This document shows positions 39,501-52,475 of a stretch of DNA of 64,000 bases, piece after piece (positions within the stretch are counted from its first letter, which is position 1; each line of letters starts with the position of its first letter). The position numbers were made by a program, and so were the translations under genes. The notes beneath the pieces are model-generated. The model made no database searches. It saw only the letters and a program-made list of their open reading frames with translations, and was not told where the DNA came from. Origin of the DNA: Bilabrum cf. latius. Its lineage: Eukaryota. Location of the stretch: NCBI GenBank assembly GCA_965178125.1, contig OZ237767.1, positions 372,001 to 436,000 of the forward strand, given 5' to 3'.

Positions 39501-40534
39501 AGGTCTCGAGGGCTCGAGCGGCGGCCGCCGGGGCGGGGCAGGCGTGGCCCAGCCTGCATGAAGATGGGGTGACGCAGGAAGAGTTCCGCACGGTGGTGCT
39601 GAACCCCGCTCACGCCGATCGACTGGAGTCCATGGCCGTGGGTGAAGTGCCTGCCGCTGCCGCTGGGCTGGTGCCGGATGACGTCAGGGCCCTGGTGCGG
39701 TTCGGGCAGGAGGGGCTGCACGTCGGTGAGGTGGCGGGGGGGGCGGGGGCTGCGGCGGTCGCGGCCCCAGTGGAGGGGGATGGCGATGATGCGTCGCATG
39801 CGTCGGACGACACGTCTCACGTGCCCTCTGCAGCGTTCGGGTCCGAGGTCAGGGACCGGAACCAAAAGGAGGGGATTATCGGTCGCAATGACGACCCGGT
39901 TGCAACCTCGGGAGGCGTGGCCGGAGGTGCGAGCAGGCACTAGGTTGGCTTGGGCCGGCAGGTGACGATCACTGGCTCCATCGCGCCCGCTTCTTCCGGG
40001 CCGTCCGCTGCCGCCGCATGGCTTGCCGGGCTAGGCGAAGACTGGGGGCCAGCGGACTATGGGCAGGTGTCGGGGAACACGGAGGAACCTTCGCTTTCGC
40101 CGGTCGGAGGGGCCGCCACCAGCGGCGGCACCATCGCAAACGAGCTGATGGTGACCCGCCAGGGTACTCTCACCGGAGAGATCCGAGAGGACGGCACTGT
40201 GACGAGTGCATCCCGGGTGCAGGAGAGGGAGGGGCCGCAGCTGCACAAGCTGAGCCTCGGCGGCGGGCCGGGCGCTGTGCCCATGGGGCGGCAGGGCACC
40301 GACATCGGCACTCCGGTTCCGCAGGGCGCCGCGCATCCCGCGGATGAGGCTGTTGTGGCGGCGTCAGCCGGTGGTGTCCATGCCGAGAGGGCAGACGCGG
40401 TCGCCGATCCCGAGGCAGTTGCTCGGCTGGGCCGAAGCGAGCAAGGCGGCGAGGTGAGCCCCGTCGGGGTTCAGGCCGCGTCAGCATCAGGAGGGTTTGG
40501 AGGAGCGCCCGTAATGATGCGGCAGATATCATGA
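33506..40534 (+). CDS. Very large multi-EF-hand calcium-binding protein; TAG at 33948, 34952, 35804, 37091, 37460, 39119, 39941
   Basis: EF loops DTNGDGSLDENE, DRNGDGLLS, DANNDGVLSFDE, DADRNGLVDKKE, DTDGDGYVSMRE, DRSGDGKLSMRE, DVDHSGTVDSRE and DADRSGGLSERE. Two 5' introns (about 33606-33731 and 34332-34549). The downstream fragments share one frame and end at TGA. Confidence 0.85.
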
Positions 40535-40694
40535 TCGTTCACATTTCCACCCGTTTAGCAACATTGCAGTGCCCCGTTTTCCGACCGCTGGGCTGTTGTC
40601 GTCAGATCCAATCCACTGCAGCCGCGCACAGCAGCAGCATCATGAGGTTCCGCAAAATCTTGAAACGGCAACTCGTACTATTCAGGCGACTAAA

Positions 40695-42262
40695 ATGGCG
40701 ACTCCCGATGCAGTTCATGCAGCACATGGCTCAGAGATGATTGATATTGCGAGTGCGCTCAAGGATGCCGTCGAAACATAGCGCAAAGGTGTGAACGTAG
40801 CCCCACGTGAAGCATACTCGACGGTTGCGGCTTATGAACCTCCTCTCTGAGCATGGGTTACCTTACCACTACGTCGCAGAGTCTGGTACGTATGCAGGTA
40901 ATCTTGAGCGATTTATATTGATAGCTGGGATGCCAAAAGCTGGAAAGTCAACGCTGCTGCAAACATTTTTGCAGCCTGGAAGAGTAGGTGGGCGACCAAT
41001 CCTGCTCTGCCTCTTGCACACGTCGGAATGATTGTATCATGCGAGTACACTCCCCTTGGCTTGCAAGTTTTCCTTGCGCCGCAGACGAGAAGCCGAAGCC
41101 TACCATTGCACTCGAGTACACGTTCGGCCGGCGGTCCACCGCTGGGGGCGGCCGAGAGGTCGCTCACATCTGGGAGCTCGGCGACGGGCTCCCGCTCATC
41201 GATCTCATCAACATCCCAATCACCCCTCAGAGATTATCCCGAGCCGCCGCCATCGTTGCCGTGGATCTCTCGAGACCAGCGGTGGCTGTGCGGGCGGCCC
41301 GCAGGTGGCTGGGAGCCATTCGGGGCAGAGCGGCCGATTGCATCAAGAAGCTCAGGCAGAAGAAACCGGAAGAAGCAGAGGCGGTCGACGCCGCCGCGCG
41401 GGCGAGGGACGGTGCCGAGGCGGGCACCCCCGTGACCGCGCCAGTTCCAGTTTTCCTGATTGCGACCAAGTACGACGTGCTCGCGCGGCAGGACCCCGGG
41501 TTGCACAGGCAGGTGCTCTGCTCGCTCAGGGCGGCCGCCGCCCAGCACGGTGCGTCGTTCCTGTGCTTCTCCAGGTCTGACAGGCACCTGCTCGCCCACG
41601 GGAGGGCGGCTCTGGCCCGGGCCTGTTTCGGCTCCGAGTCGAAGCGGCTGGTGCAGCTCGACCCCTCCAAGCCCGTCGTGGCTCCGTTCGGGTCCGACTC
41701 CCTGGACAAGATCGGCGCGGCGCCTCCGGCAGGTTCCGCAGCCGCCTCTGGATCCTCCTCCGCCCACTCGCCCGAAGACAGCGACCCCTGGGTGCAGGCC
41801 GTCGACACGCTGGCACCCATGTCAAGGGAGGACGAGGAGGCGTGGCGCGCGGAATCCGCTCCCTCCGCGGGCGCCTCCTCTGCCTCCCGCTCCGATTTCG
41901 ACGACGAGCCCTCGAGGCACCCTGAGCCCTCCGTGGATGCTCTGAGGATGCAGAGGGCCAAGGAGCTCGAGAGGTATGTGAAGGAGGCGGAGAAGAGGCT
42001 GAGGCAGGAGGCCAGGGCGGCGGCGGCGGCGGAGAGGGCCGCGGGGGGTGGGCCTAAGGGGAGCAGCAGGGGGGGCGCAGGGGCGGCGGCTGCCTCGGCT
42101 GGGAAGGGGAAGGGAGCTGGGGGGGATGGGGCGGGCGGGGACGCGGATGCGGCGCGAAGACGAGAGCAAAAGAGGGCAGTGGCAGCTAGGCGGGCGGCGG
42201 AGCGCGACGGGGCTGGGGCTGGGGCTGGGGCTGGGGCCGCGTCTGGAGCAGGGACTGATTGA
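40695..42262 (+). CDS. DYNC2LI1: Cytoplasmic dynein-2 light intermediate chain 1; TAG at 40779
   Basis: P-loop GMPKAGKST, KPTIALEYTFGRR, AHIWELG, VDLSRP, TKYD, KPVVAPFGSDSLDKIG and EPSVDALRMQRAKELERY. Two introns. Confidence 0.9.
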
Positions 42263-42564
42263 AGCAATCGACTTGAATCTTGGCACCGTATCTAGACTAG
42301 CGCGGTACCCGTTAAAGCAATCGACTTGATTGAATCAATCGGCTTGATGTATCTGCTGCAGGCGCGGGCTGACGTGGCTTTCGTACCAGCAGACCTGAAG
42401 TAATACCCCCATCCCCAGTGGAATATTGCTGTTGTAGTTCCGTCGGTGCGTTTGTTCCAAATTCGTTCTGCGAACTCGATCTAGATTCGGAATGCGAATT
42501 GCGGGATATCGTTGTCCCGAACGAATGCCGCATGCTGCACAGCACTCATTTTTCTTGCCAAGAC

Positions 42565-44113
42565 ATGGAAACTAAGGCAGCAACCAAGCGCAGTAGCACC
42601 CAGCCAGATGCAAACGACTGCTGCATCATAGAGCGCACGCTTGGCAATCTTGTGATAGCCAAGAAGTAGAAGCCGCAGCCGCGCGGTGCGGAAACCAAGC
42701 GCTCTGCCGCAGACCGGAGAAACTCTTCGCCGAGTGATTTCAATCCCGTGATCGTGGTGCTCGGCTGGCTCAACGGGCAAGAACGACACGTGAAGAAGTA
42801 TTCTGACCTATTCTGCAGGCTCGGGGGCGAGAATGCCGTGGCCGTTCGTTCCTTATGCGACGTGAATCAGGGCGTGTGGAGCATGCACGCCGCCAACGAG
42901 GCCAGGGTGCAAGAGCTGCTCTAGGCCCTGGATCGGGATGTGAGGATCTGATGAACGATGATCTGTTGCATGGCGATTCTTGTGCGAACATTCCGAGTTG
43001 TGGGTGGCTACGTGAAATTTGTGTGGATGATGCCCATCGCGTCCCCGGCTGTGACGTTGTCGTGCGGATGGATCCATGGGGATGGCCCGATTGCTTGCAG
43101 GCAGCGCGACCATGCCGCCCCCCACAACCCTTTTCAAATTGCCCCGCAGGAAGATTTGAAGGGTCGCCCGGTAATCATGTGTGCTTACTCGAACGGGGGC
43201 TGCCAGGTCATCGAGTTCCTGCTTCGTGCAGCGTACAGTGGCGACACGGCTGGTGAGGCTGGGCATCGTCTGGAATGTGCCCCACGATCCGAGCGTCCCC
43301 TGCCGTGAACGCGCTGTGCATGATATCTAGCAGGCAGCGTCCGGTCACTGGTCATGTCTTCTCATCCCGTGTCCCGCAGCTAAGGCGTTCGTGCAGGACC
43401 GATTGGCAGGCTACCTATTCGATTCATGCCCAGCCAAGATATCAGCACATGCTATTTCAACAGCCCTTGCGATCGGGTTCAAGCGCCAGGGCTGGTTTGT
43501 TAGCTCTGCGGCGTACTGGCTCTTCTATCTGTTGTTCTCGGCCTGGATTCTGTTCGCCGTGCTCGGTTTCTCCGAGCTCCGGCAGGAGGTGCTTCACTCA
43601 GTGGTAGCCAATGATCCGAGCAGGGTACCGACGCTCTTCATCTACTCTGACAACGATGAGATAACGGAATGCGGAGCTTTGGAGACTTTCATCGAGCGGC
43701 GGGCTGCAATCTGTTCTACAAAGGTGGAGGGTGCTCCGATAGCAACAAGGTGCAGCGAAACATCGTCCCAAGAAGCCAGGGGTCAGAGCTCCGATACGCT
43801 TGGCCATAAACGTGAAGATGGCACACCCCTCGGGACCGGACCAACCAGGAAGCGGTCTGAATCGCGAGAGCGCTAGATCTAGCCATCGCGAGAGGGTATC
43901 ACGGTTGAGACCCTGTGCGGAGTTCCCATATCCGCAACATTTCAGACCTCGCCAGCTAAACCGCATGAGCCAATGATTGGTGTGTGGAAATTGCCTAGCA
44001 GTCCACACGTTTCACACCTGATGACTTCAGCAAGCGAGTACGAGCAGAGCTTTGCCAACCACCTAGCTTGCTGCTGTGACTGGTGGAAGCATCGCTAGGT
44101 GGCAGATGCCTAA
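42565..44113 (+). CDS. TMEM53/DUF829 alpha/beta-hydrolase-like protein; several in-frame TAG; ends at TAA
   Basis: VVLGWLNGQERHVKKYS, YSNGG, FDSCP and LFIYSDND. The C-terminal SPHVSHL...EY motif is reached only by reading through TAG at 43874 and 43880. Confidence 0.85.
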
Positions 44114-44301
44114 CGAGCAATATTGAAGGCTCAATTGCTGTATCATGTTTGTCAATCCCTGATGTCAAGAGATGCAATGGATTAAAAAAAAGAACTAGTC
44201 TGTGAGTGGCGCCGCGCATGACTCCAAAACCGGTTCCGCACAATCCTCCGGCAAGAATTCACAAGATCTCAGATCAGTACGACAGCAAAAAGGACGGTAT
44301 T

Positions 44302-47300
44302 ATGAGCGTACCCATGCCACAACCATCACTTTTATCGTATAAGTGAGTTCGATTCCTCTTTGGTTGGGAGTAAACTCGCTATCATAAGCATCTTTGCTGA
44401 GTTGCCGCGATTTTCACCCCCTTCCCAGCCAAGATTTACACATGTTTGCCACCAATCTGAGCTACGATTCCTGCAGAAAGTCTATAATTAATTTTTTTCG
44501 TGCGGAGTATGAAGGTATTGCTGCTCTCAAACAGGAGCTTGCAACGCAGGTAAGATCGCATTGATCTAGGCATATTTCGCAGTATCCTTCCTCGTATTTT
44601 ACCGCCGGTGATTTCCGGACACGCCTAAAGCATTTTCTCGCAGCAAGGTGATGAGTCGCTTAGGAGGGCGGAATCCCTTGCTGTGTCGCTACCTCTGCTT
44701 CGCCTTGACTTGACCAATGAGGATCTCACTGCAACAGATAAGCCTGAGTGGCAAAGCCAGAACGACGGTATTGAACGCAAGGCAGACTCAAAGGGCAACC
44801 CTTCCATTTCGATCCTACCAAAGATTGCAGACCCGCGCGGCTGGACCCCCCCGGCCAAGCGCGCCTCTGGGCCTGCTGCCGACAGCCTGGTTGCTGCCTT
44901 GCTGGCCCACGGCATGGATCCTAACCATTCAGCAGTGAGGCAACGATTCGATTCATACACAATTGGGTCATTGTCAGTGCACTGCAGCGGTCAATGCCTA
45001 TAGTTTCACAACGCGTGTCTGGTCATGTAGATCTAGTAGGGTTGGCTGGGGCCGGCTTTGCTGCGGCCTAGGCTCGTGTCACGTCTCTCTCCCAAACACG
45101 AGTTCTAGTGCCCCATTTAGTCAGTATCTGCCGCTATTTTCAATGATTGACCGCAGGATGTTCGTGACGACCCCTCGATCACCCTTATGCATCTCGCGTG
45201 TGCCACTGGCCGGGCCTCTCGTGTCCTCATGATGCTGCTGCACGGGGGGCGGCTGGATGCGACAGACTCGATGGGTTACACGCCCGTTGACTACGCCGAG
45301 CATGCTGCGGTTGTCATGTGGCTCCGGACGAAGGGTGATGATTCCATGGCGAAGGCCGTTGCTCCCTCGGTGGAGGAGGCTGAGCGCGCTGTAGGGGGCC
45401 CTCAGCCCCATGGTGGGGGCGGCGGATGGGGGGGTGGTGGGGGCGGTAGGGGCGGATGGGGTGGCAGGGGTGGATGGGGTGGTGGGGGCGGCAGAGGTGG
45501 ATGGGGTGGTGGGGGCGGTAGGGGCGGATGGGGTGGCAGGGGTGGATGGGGTGGTGGGGGCGGCAGAGGTGGATGGGGTGGTGGGGGCGGCAGGGGCGGA
45601 TGGGATGGTGGGGGCGATTGGGGCGGTTGGGGCAATGTGAGGGGCAGGGGCAGAGGTAGAGGCAGACGTAGAGGCAGACGTAAGGGCAGGGGCAGGGATG
45701 GACTCGGTGACGAGCGCGGTCCTGGTATATAGGAGAGGCCGCAGGCAAGGCCTCCTGCCGGCATCGGCCTGGACACGTTCGCGTGGTACAGACAGTACGT
45801 CCACGCCATGGACGTGTGCAGGATCCGCATGCTTGCCTCTGAAAGCGCCAGCAATGATCTGAGCGACGTCGTGGACGACCGCTCGGCACTTCCTATTGCT
45901 AGGGGGGTGCTTCCTGCTGGCCTCATCCTCGGGGGAATCGCTCGAAACCATCGTGCATCTGGCAAAGCGAAGCAGATTCACCTCGCCGACATGCGACCTG
46001 CAGTGGCCAGGCCCGCCCCCCACGCGCGTGAGGAACCATCGAGCGGCAGTCGAGAGCGACTGGCTGACTGCGTCGATTTCGCGGATGCTGACTCATGCGC
46101 TCTGCGTGTGGGGGGGGGCACTGGACCCTCCGAGCCTAATGAGTACCCTTCTGCCGTGCCAGCAGGACGCAGTGCAACTTCCGGAGCAGCGGGGGGATCA
46201 CGATCGGATGGATACACCAAGTTGCCGGTTGTGTCCTGCATCGCCAACTGTGAGGGCGTGCCCTTGTTCAGCGACGGCTTTCTCTCGGCTCTGCGAAGCT
46301 GCCAGGGGCATCCGGAGGTGTGCGCTCGGCTGCTGCTGCGGTGGTGCAAGCTCGAGATGCACGGCGCGGTATTCCCGCAGGAAATGGACCGGCGCGTTGC
46401 ACTGCTGCGCTTCTTCCGAGCAAGCCGGCAGCTGAGGCTTGCCCGGGGCCTGCGTGATGGGATCGCCAGTGGTGACGTGGCATCAGTGCGAAGGAGCTTG
46501 GACGGGCTGGCAGCGGGGCCACACGCGTGTGCCTGCGCCGTCACTGTTCCCTGGTTAGATGAATGTGACGAGTGCATGGACGAGGGTGAAGGCGTCGCGG
46601 CACTGGTGTCCCACCATAGGCCTGTCGAGGGGTGCGGCAGCGAGGCACCTGGCAGCACTCGCTTGGAGTAGCCAGCGGCTGAGACAAAAGAGGAGCCGCT
46701 GGGCTGCGGGCCTGACGACCTTTTCACGGCGGACAGGATTGGCCGAATCAAGCGATTCATGCGTGGAGACAGTTCTCCTCGGAGCCGGCAGCGGGTCGGC
46801 GCCTCGCCGCTGATGCTCGCTCTATCGATGGACAGGCCGGCAATCGCAGGCCTGCTGCTGCGGCGCGCCGCACTCGATCCCCATGCTGGATGGCTGCTTT
46901 CGGCTCCGGATCACCGCGGGGAGACCGTCCTGCACTGGCTTGTGCGCATGCGCAGAGCCGACGGTGCGCTGCAGGTCCTCCGGTACCGTCCGCTGGGGAC
47001 TCCGGTGGAACGCAACCTGCAGGGCCGCACTCCGATGCACCTTGCGTGTGCCACGGGGCAGCCGTTGCTTGTGTTTGTTCTCGCCCTTGCGTTCGGCAGA
47101 CAGGTGCTCGAGCTGCCCGATGCCTACGGCTTGCTGCCCATCGACCTTGCCGCGGGCAAGGGTGATGCCGCTACTTGCATCGCGTGCCTACTGGTGTCGC
47201 AAGAAACGAGTACCAAGGGCAGCTACGGATACACGGGGTTCAAAACACGTGACTGCGTGCAAGCAGTTCACCCTACAGGGGCCACGGTAGCTGACATGGC

Positions 47301-48429
47301 TGCAGCGGCGGTGGGCCCGGAGAGGCTTGAAGGGCTGCACAGTGCGCGGTTGAGCATGACTCCTGGCAAGCACACAACGGAGGCTGGGATCACGATGACC
47401 ACTGGGGCCGCAGCCGTCCACGAGATCGGTGAAGAGCGCTTGGAGTATGACACGAGCAGGGGCGGGCCAACCAAAGAGAGGGAGGGTGGAGGTGGGGCTC
47501 CGCATGGCTGGGACTAGGACCGGCCTGGACGGGTGCCGCCTCATTTGCCATTCCCCAGAGGAAGCCTCGCTTCTGCTCTGCAGCTGGTGCGCGCTAGGGG
47601 CTACTAGGGCATGTCAGCCATGCGGGCCATAGCAGATGAGCTTGAGGGCGGTGAGGAGCTCTGCGTGAGGGCGCTTGCACTCCGGAGGTTTGTGAGGGAC
47701 TGCCTCTTCAGCCCGGATGGGACACCACTGGAGCTGTGGGAGCGCAACGAGGGTCTGCTTTAGGCCACTAACTTGGCACATGTGACTAGTGGCTTTGCCG
47801 CGACGCCAGCTGCTGCTCCTGTGGCTGCTGCTGGATCGGGCGACAGCTCTGGTGTGGCGGGGCCAGCACCTGCGCATGCCTCCGGACATGATTGCGGCTC
47901 CGAGTCTACCATTGCCCAGGGACTGTTGGATCCAATGGAAACTGGAGAAGTGCGCCTTCCAAGTAGCGAGGTGGCCGGCCGCATCCTGTCAAGGCAGGCT
48001 CACGAATGGGGGGCGCTGCGATAGGATTAGGCCGGGTCTGCGATTGGGGAGCCAGACCCCAGCGATGCTCGCACCAGGGAACGAGCGGAGCGCAGGCAGC
48101 GCTGGGCCCGAACGTATCCCGAATGGGCTGCTAGCTGTCGCATCGCGCATGCCTCGTTTGGCAAGTTGGAGCGGTCTGCGATCGATTCGGCCTTGCAGAG
48201 GGTTTTCGAGACCGAGCATGCCATGCACAGCGGAGCCTGGTCCTCGGGGCGCACTGGCATGCCGGGACACATTGCAGAGCGAATGAGGAAGCAGGCGACC
48301 TTGCCCAAAGGTATAGGTCGGCATATCGTGCTGGGAAAGGCAGCTCTTCGGATAGGCGTGCTGCAGGAGATGCAGAGGGCAGCGAGGCGAGGCGTTTCCT
48401 TGAAGGATGCCGGCAGTACTCCAGAGTGA
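44302..48429 (+). CDS. Ankyrin repeat protein with a Gly/Trp/Arg-rich (GGWGG/RGG) repeat insert; multiple in-frame TAG
   Basis: Three 5' introns. MHLACATG...GYTPVDYA, SPLMLAL, GETVLHW and GRTPMHLACATG. Fragments from 45187 to 48429 are in one frame and end at TGA. Confidence 0.75.
45412..45640 (+). repeat. G-rich coding tandem repeat (GGWGGGGGRGGWGGR units)
   Basis: Recurrent ggatggggtgg...ggcggcag/taggggc units. Confidence 0.9.
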
Positions 48430-49133
48430 TAGAGCTGAGGTGAGGGTGACGGTGACGGTGACCGAGACGGTCTTGCGGGTGAGACCGAATTGTCCCGTGA
48501 ACCCTTTTGGTTGGTGAGGCCAGCAAGGTCTCTGAGATTGAGGTCGCGCGGTGGGCGCAGGACCCGCTCGAGGTGCAGGCGAGGCCCCCGGCATCAAGAC
48601 GATAGGGATGGAAATCCAGATGGTCACCACACGGTGCACGCGCGCGTGCCTGCCATGGCCACGACAGACGGCTTGTGACGGTTTGGCGGGTAGCTTCGCA
48701 GGTCCATCCTCATCGCACAGACGCTTATCATCTCATTTGACGTCAACAACGAATCAGACTCTGTCTCCTTAATACCAATATCTACGTTCGCGCTGCCTGT
48801 GCTGTCGGCCCGGGTCGAAGCTTTTTGCTGTGTTGTCAGCTGGTGAGGCCGATCAGAAATGGTAAATATGTACGAATGCAATTAAATGACAAATTACAAA
48901 TGGACCCATACACCGTAGACCTAGTCAAAAAAATAGAATTGGTCCCCGCCTGACCGTTAAAGCGTTGGCTCCATTGCCGTTCCAGTGATACGGCTAGGCA
49001 ACCGGTGAAAGTATGAATCATTTTGACATTACTCTGCCTGGAAGTCCCAGCGCATGAGGCTTCTTGTGCTCTAGTTCGACTGCAATTCAGGACAGCTGTC
49101 CGGTCCTCCGAGAAAATTATTCTTGACTAATGC

Positions 49134-52100
49134 TCAAATTATTCCGTAACCAATCAGCTCATCTAGCCACTGGAGCACATCCTCATCGCCGTTGGGGTCT
49201 GGCGATGAATGGCTCCTTAACTTGGCACAGATCGACGTCTTTTTCTCGGTGCCACCGCGCAGCAGCTTCGCAGCAGAGACGCCACGCTGTGCAAGTCCCC
49301 TGCGACGAACCTCTGCAGATGCCTCCTGCGTGGGTCTGAACTGGATTGCGATCTGGAAGCCCCGAACCTGCCTCCCTGACCTATCCGGGCCGACGAATGG
49401 CATGAGCCCATGCAAGGGAGCACCGTCACCTTCCGTCTGTCTGACGTGCTGCGCCGCGAACCCCTTCAGCTTGGGGTGGTCCGCAGCATGCACCTCCCAG
49501 CAGCCCCGCCCTGCAGCTTCCGTCCAGCCCTCCATGTGCAAGTAGGTGAAGGTCGGGTGGACCAGCCTCAGCGCAGGCAGATCTACATCACGGCCAGCGT
49601 CCTTTGGGCCACGCCGGGATGCACCTCTCTTTTGTCTCGTGCTCCCCGCCGCGCGGGCGGCCGATGATGACGATGACGAAGATGGGGCCTAGGACGAGGA
49701 TTTCGCGGCTAGGCTTTGGATCGCAGCTGCCCCTGCCCCTGCCCCTGCCCCTGCCCCTGCCCCTGCCCCTGCCCCTGCCCCTGCCCCTGCCCCTGCCCCT
49801 GCCCCTGCCCCTGCCCCTGCCCCTGCCCCTGCCCCTGCCCCTACCCCTACCCCTGCCCCTGCCCCTACCCCTGCCCCTCGCAAGGAGGAAGAAGAAGACG
49901 ATGAGGCAGAAGATGAAGGCAGCCCTGCGGCCTGATGGCTAGTATTGCTACCACTGCCCTTGAGCCCATCTGGAGCTGGCTGCACGCCACCCGCACCTTG
50001 CGCCCCAGCAGCACTGGAAACAGTATCAGCGGCCCTGACACGAACTTGACTCTCTCCTGCACCCGCGGAGGGAATCTCGATGACCTGCACCACACCCTTG
50101 GCCGCTCGACGGAGCAGCTCGATCGAGCACTGCACCGCAAAGGCGTAATCGTCGAACAGCCGCACCACCGTTGCGGCCTTGATCCGCCTCAGATTCATCC
50201 TGTTCTCACCCCTTCGGTTGGACTCCATGGCCAGCTCGAACCATTTGTACCTAGAGCTTGACCGGATCCATTCAGCGGGCACCTCAACTAGCTCTTTCCA
50301 GCGAACATTCTGGGGAATTCTGGAATGCCACGTGGAAGCCGCGGGATTCCTGATCCCTAGGGGCACCTGCGAGGCTGTGCCCCTTGGGACAGGGAGGGGG
50401 GGTGGACTGGCGAAGGCAACGTGGCCAATGCTGGTGCTGCTGACACTACTGCCAAACTTGGCGTTCGACCGCATTCCAACGCCAGGACTCATGCCTGCAC
50501 CCATGCCCGCGCCTATATCCAAGCCCAAACTGGCAGCACCCATGCCAGCAGGCATCCCCGTGTTCCGTGCCACGGCTTGTTCCCTGGCTTTCTCTCTCGG
50601 AGCTGTGCCTTGTACCCCAGCGGCATGCCCCGGGAAATCAAGCACGACTGCCCTTGCACTGCCTGGCAGGCCAGCAGGCGCACTCCCCCCGCCCATCCCC
50701 TCTGGAGGGCTCCTCGCCGTGGCCTAGGTCACACGGGTAATACCCACTGCCAGGGATGGTCCCCCGCTAGGCAAGATGCCACCGCCGGTCGGTGCCCCGA
50801 GCGGCAGGCCCGGTACCCTACTTGCATTCGTCACACCCTAGCCAGCGGGTGGAGCGAGGCCTGCAGCAGGGACACCCTGCACTTGCCCGGGGCCGGTTTG
50901 CATCGTGCGGGCGACCGGCAGTGGAACGGCCGTCAGGGCAGTTTTCCACGAGGGGAGGGGCGAAGGCAGCGGAGGGGGAGGGACGATGTGCGCCCCTCCG
51001 CGCGGTGCTTCTGTTGATGATGCAGGGATGTCGCCACTACTGATGATGCTAGTCGTCACGCCCTTGCTCCCACTACCGCTACCGCCGGCCAGGCCAGCGC
51101 TGCTGGTGGCTGTCGGTGCCGACTGACGAGGCGGGTGCATGCCTTGCTGAGGCAGCGCCCGTCCGTCCGGGAGAGTCGTCAGCGCCGAGGCCTTGCCTGC
51201 CGAATGGCTTGCTTCCGCGGCCCCTTGCCCATAGCCTGGTGCAGATGCAGGGCCGCAGCCGAGAGCATCGGTGGCGCTCAATTGACGGCCGTCTGGACCC
51301 CCGGCGCGGTCTATGTCGGCTTGCTCGCGCTTAGATTTCTGCCCAACGACTCTCTTGTTTACACTAACAGAGACCTAGTTCCAGGCGAACTGCGAGTCGA
51401 GCTGTTGGGATAGCACAGCCCCGTTCTGTTGGGACCTGAGCGAGGACTTCTGCTGCTGCACGCCGACTTGCAGGGCAGGCCCTGCTCGCACATCAAGTTC
51501 TTTGATCGCAGACTCACGATGCCTCTCTCCTAGCAAGCCCAATCTACCGTGCGATGCCGCTCCATGCGTATCATGCCAACCTTGACTCCTAGGTAAGCCG
51601 GCCTAGTAGCCGTTCATGTGGTCTCCCTGTCGTTGTGCCCCGTTGGATCGAGGCAGTAGACTGCGCTGCGGTGGACCCCCCGAGGGATACGCAGGGTAAA
51701 TGCCGTAGTCGTCTGAGCGAAAGGGTCCTGAGAATCCGGCAGAAGCTTTTGCAGAGTCGTCTTGAGCTCGCTGGCGTGGCGTCTCGGTGCGGCTGCCTGC
51801 CTTCCGCATGGCATCAAGTAGCTAAACGGCCATTCCCGCGCCTGCCAGGCCTACTGCTCCAGCAGTATGTCTTGTTGCGTGCTAGACGTGTGGCTGCGCG
51901 TGTGTTTGCAACGAGGAGTCTAGGATGAGCGACGCAGCGCCATGCTTGCCATGGCGCTTGTACAACTCCTCAACGCTGCATCCGAGCTGCATCGCTAGAA
52001 TCAGCACCTACTATTGCAATTGAAGCAAATAGAGCTGCTCCTCCTATCGCATTCGAAGCTTGGCTTGCTCAATTTCTGTCTTGCTTCCGTCCAGTCCGGC

Positions 52101-52475
52101 CCCAACAGAACGAAATGGTTGGCCTCGTTGCTAGGTTGCTGCGATGCCTTCCGCCTCCCGCTAGCCCCCATGGATGATGCTTGCCTGACCCATTGTTGAA
52201 TACCGTGGTAAGTGTGAGTATCCAGCTCTATCGACCCGCTAGTGCACCGTAGACTGAGCTTGGCCGCCAGACTGTGACTGTCGGCTTGATGATAACGGCA
52301 TCGGTACCGGTGGAGTGTCGCCGGCCGCAGCGATTCGGGCACGTTTACGCTGGTAATTGGTGTATGGCGGGCGAAAACTAGACTACAGAGCCGTCGGCCT
52401 TCCAACCATGCCACGACCTACGTAATCCTCGGCTTGAGGTGAAGCACCCGGCGCCACATGAGCCCGCCCAGACAT
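49134..52475 (-). CDS. Uncharacterised low-complexity protein with Gly-Ala repeat; many in-frame TAG in its 5' part
   Basis: ORF fragments 49134-49541, 49689-50696, 50838-51281 and 51603-51809 share a frame that stays open (TAG only) up to about 52590. It includes EIEQAKLRMR*EEQLYLLQLQ**VL. Ends at TGA; the start is uncertain. Confidence 0.65.
49727..49878. repeat. (CCCCTG)n hexamer microsatellite encoding poly(Gly-Ala)
   Basis: About 25 nearly perfect units. Confidence 0.95.
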
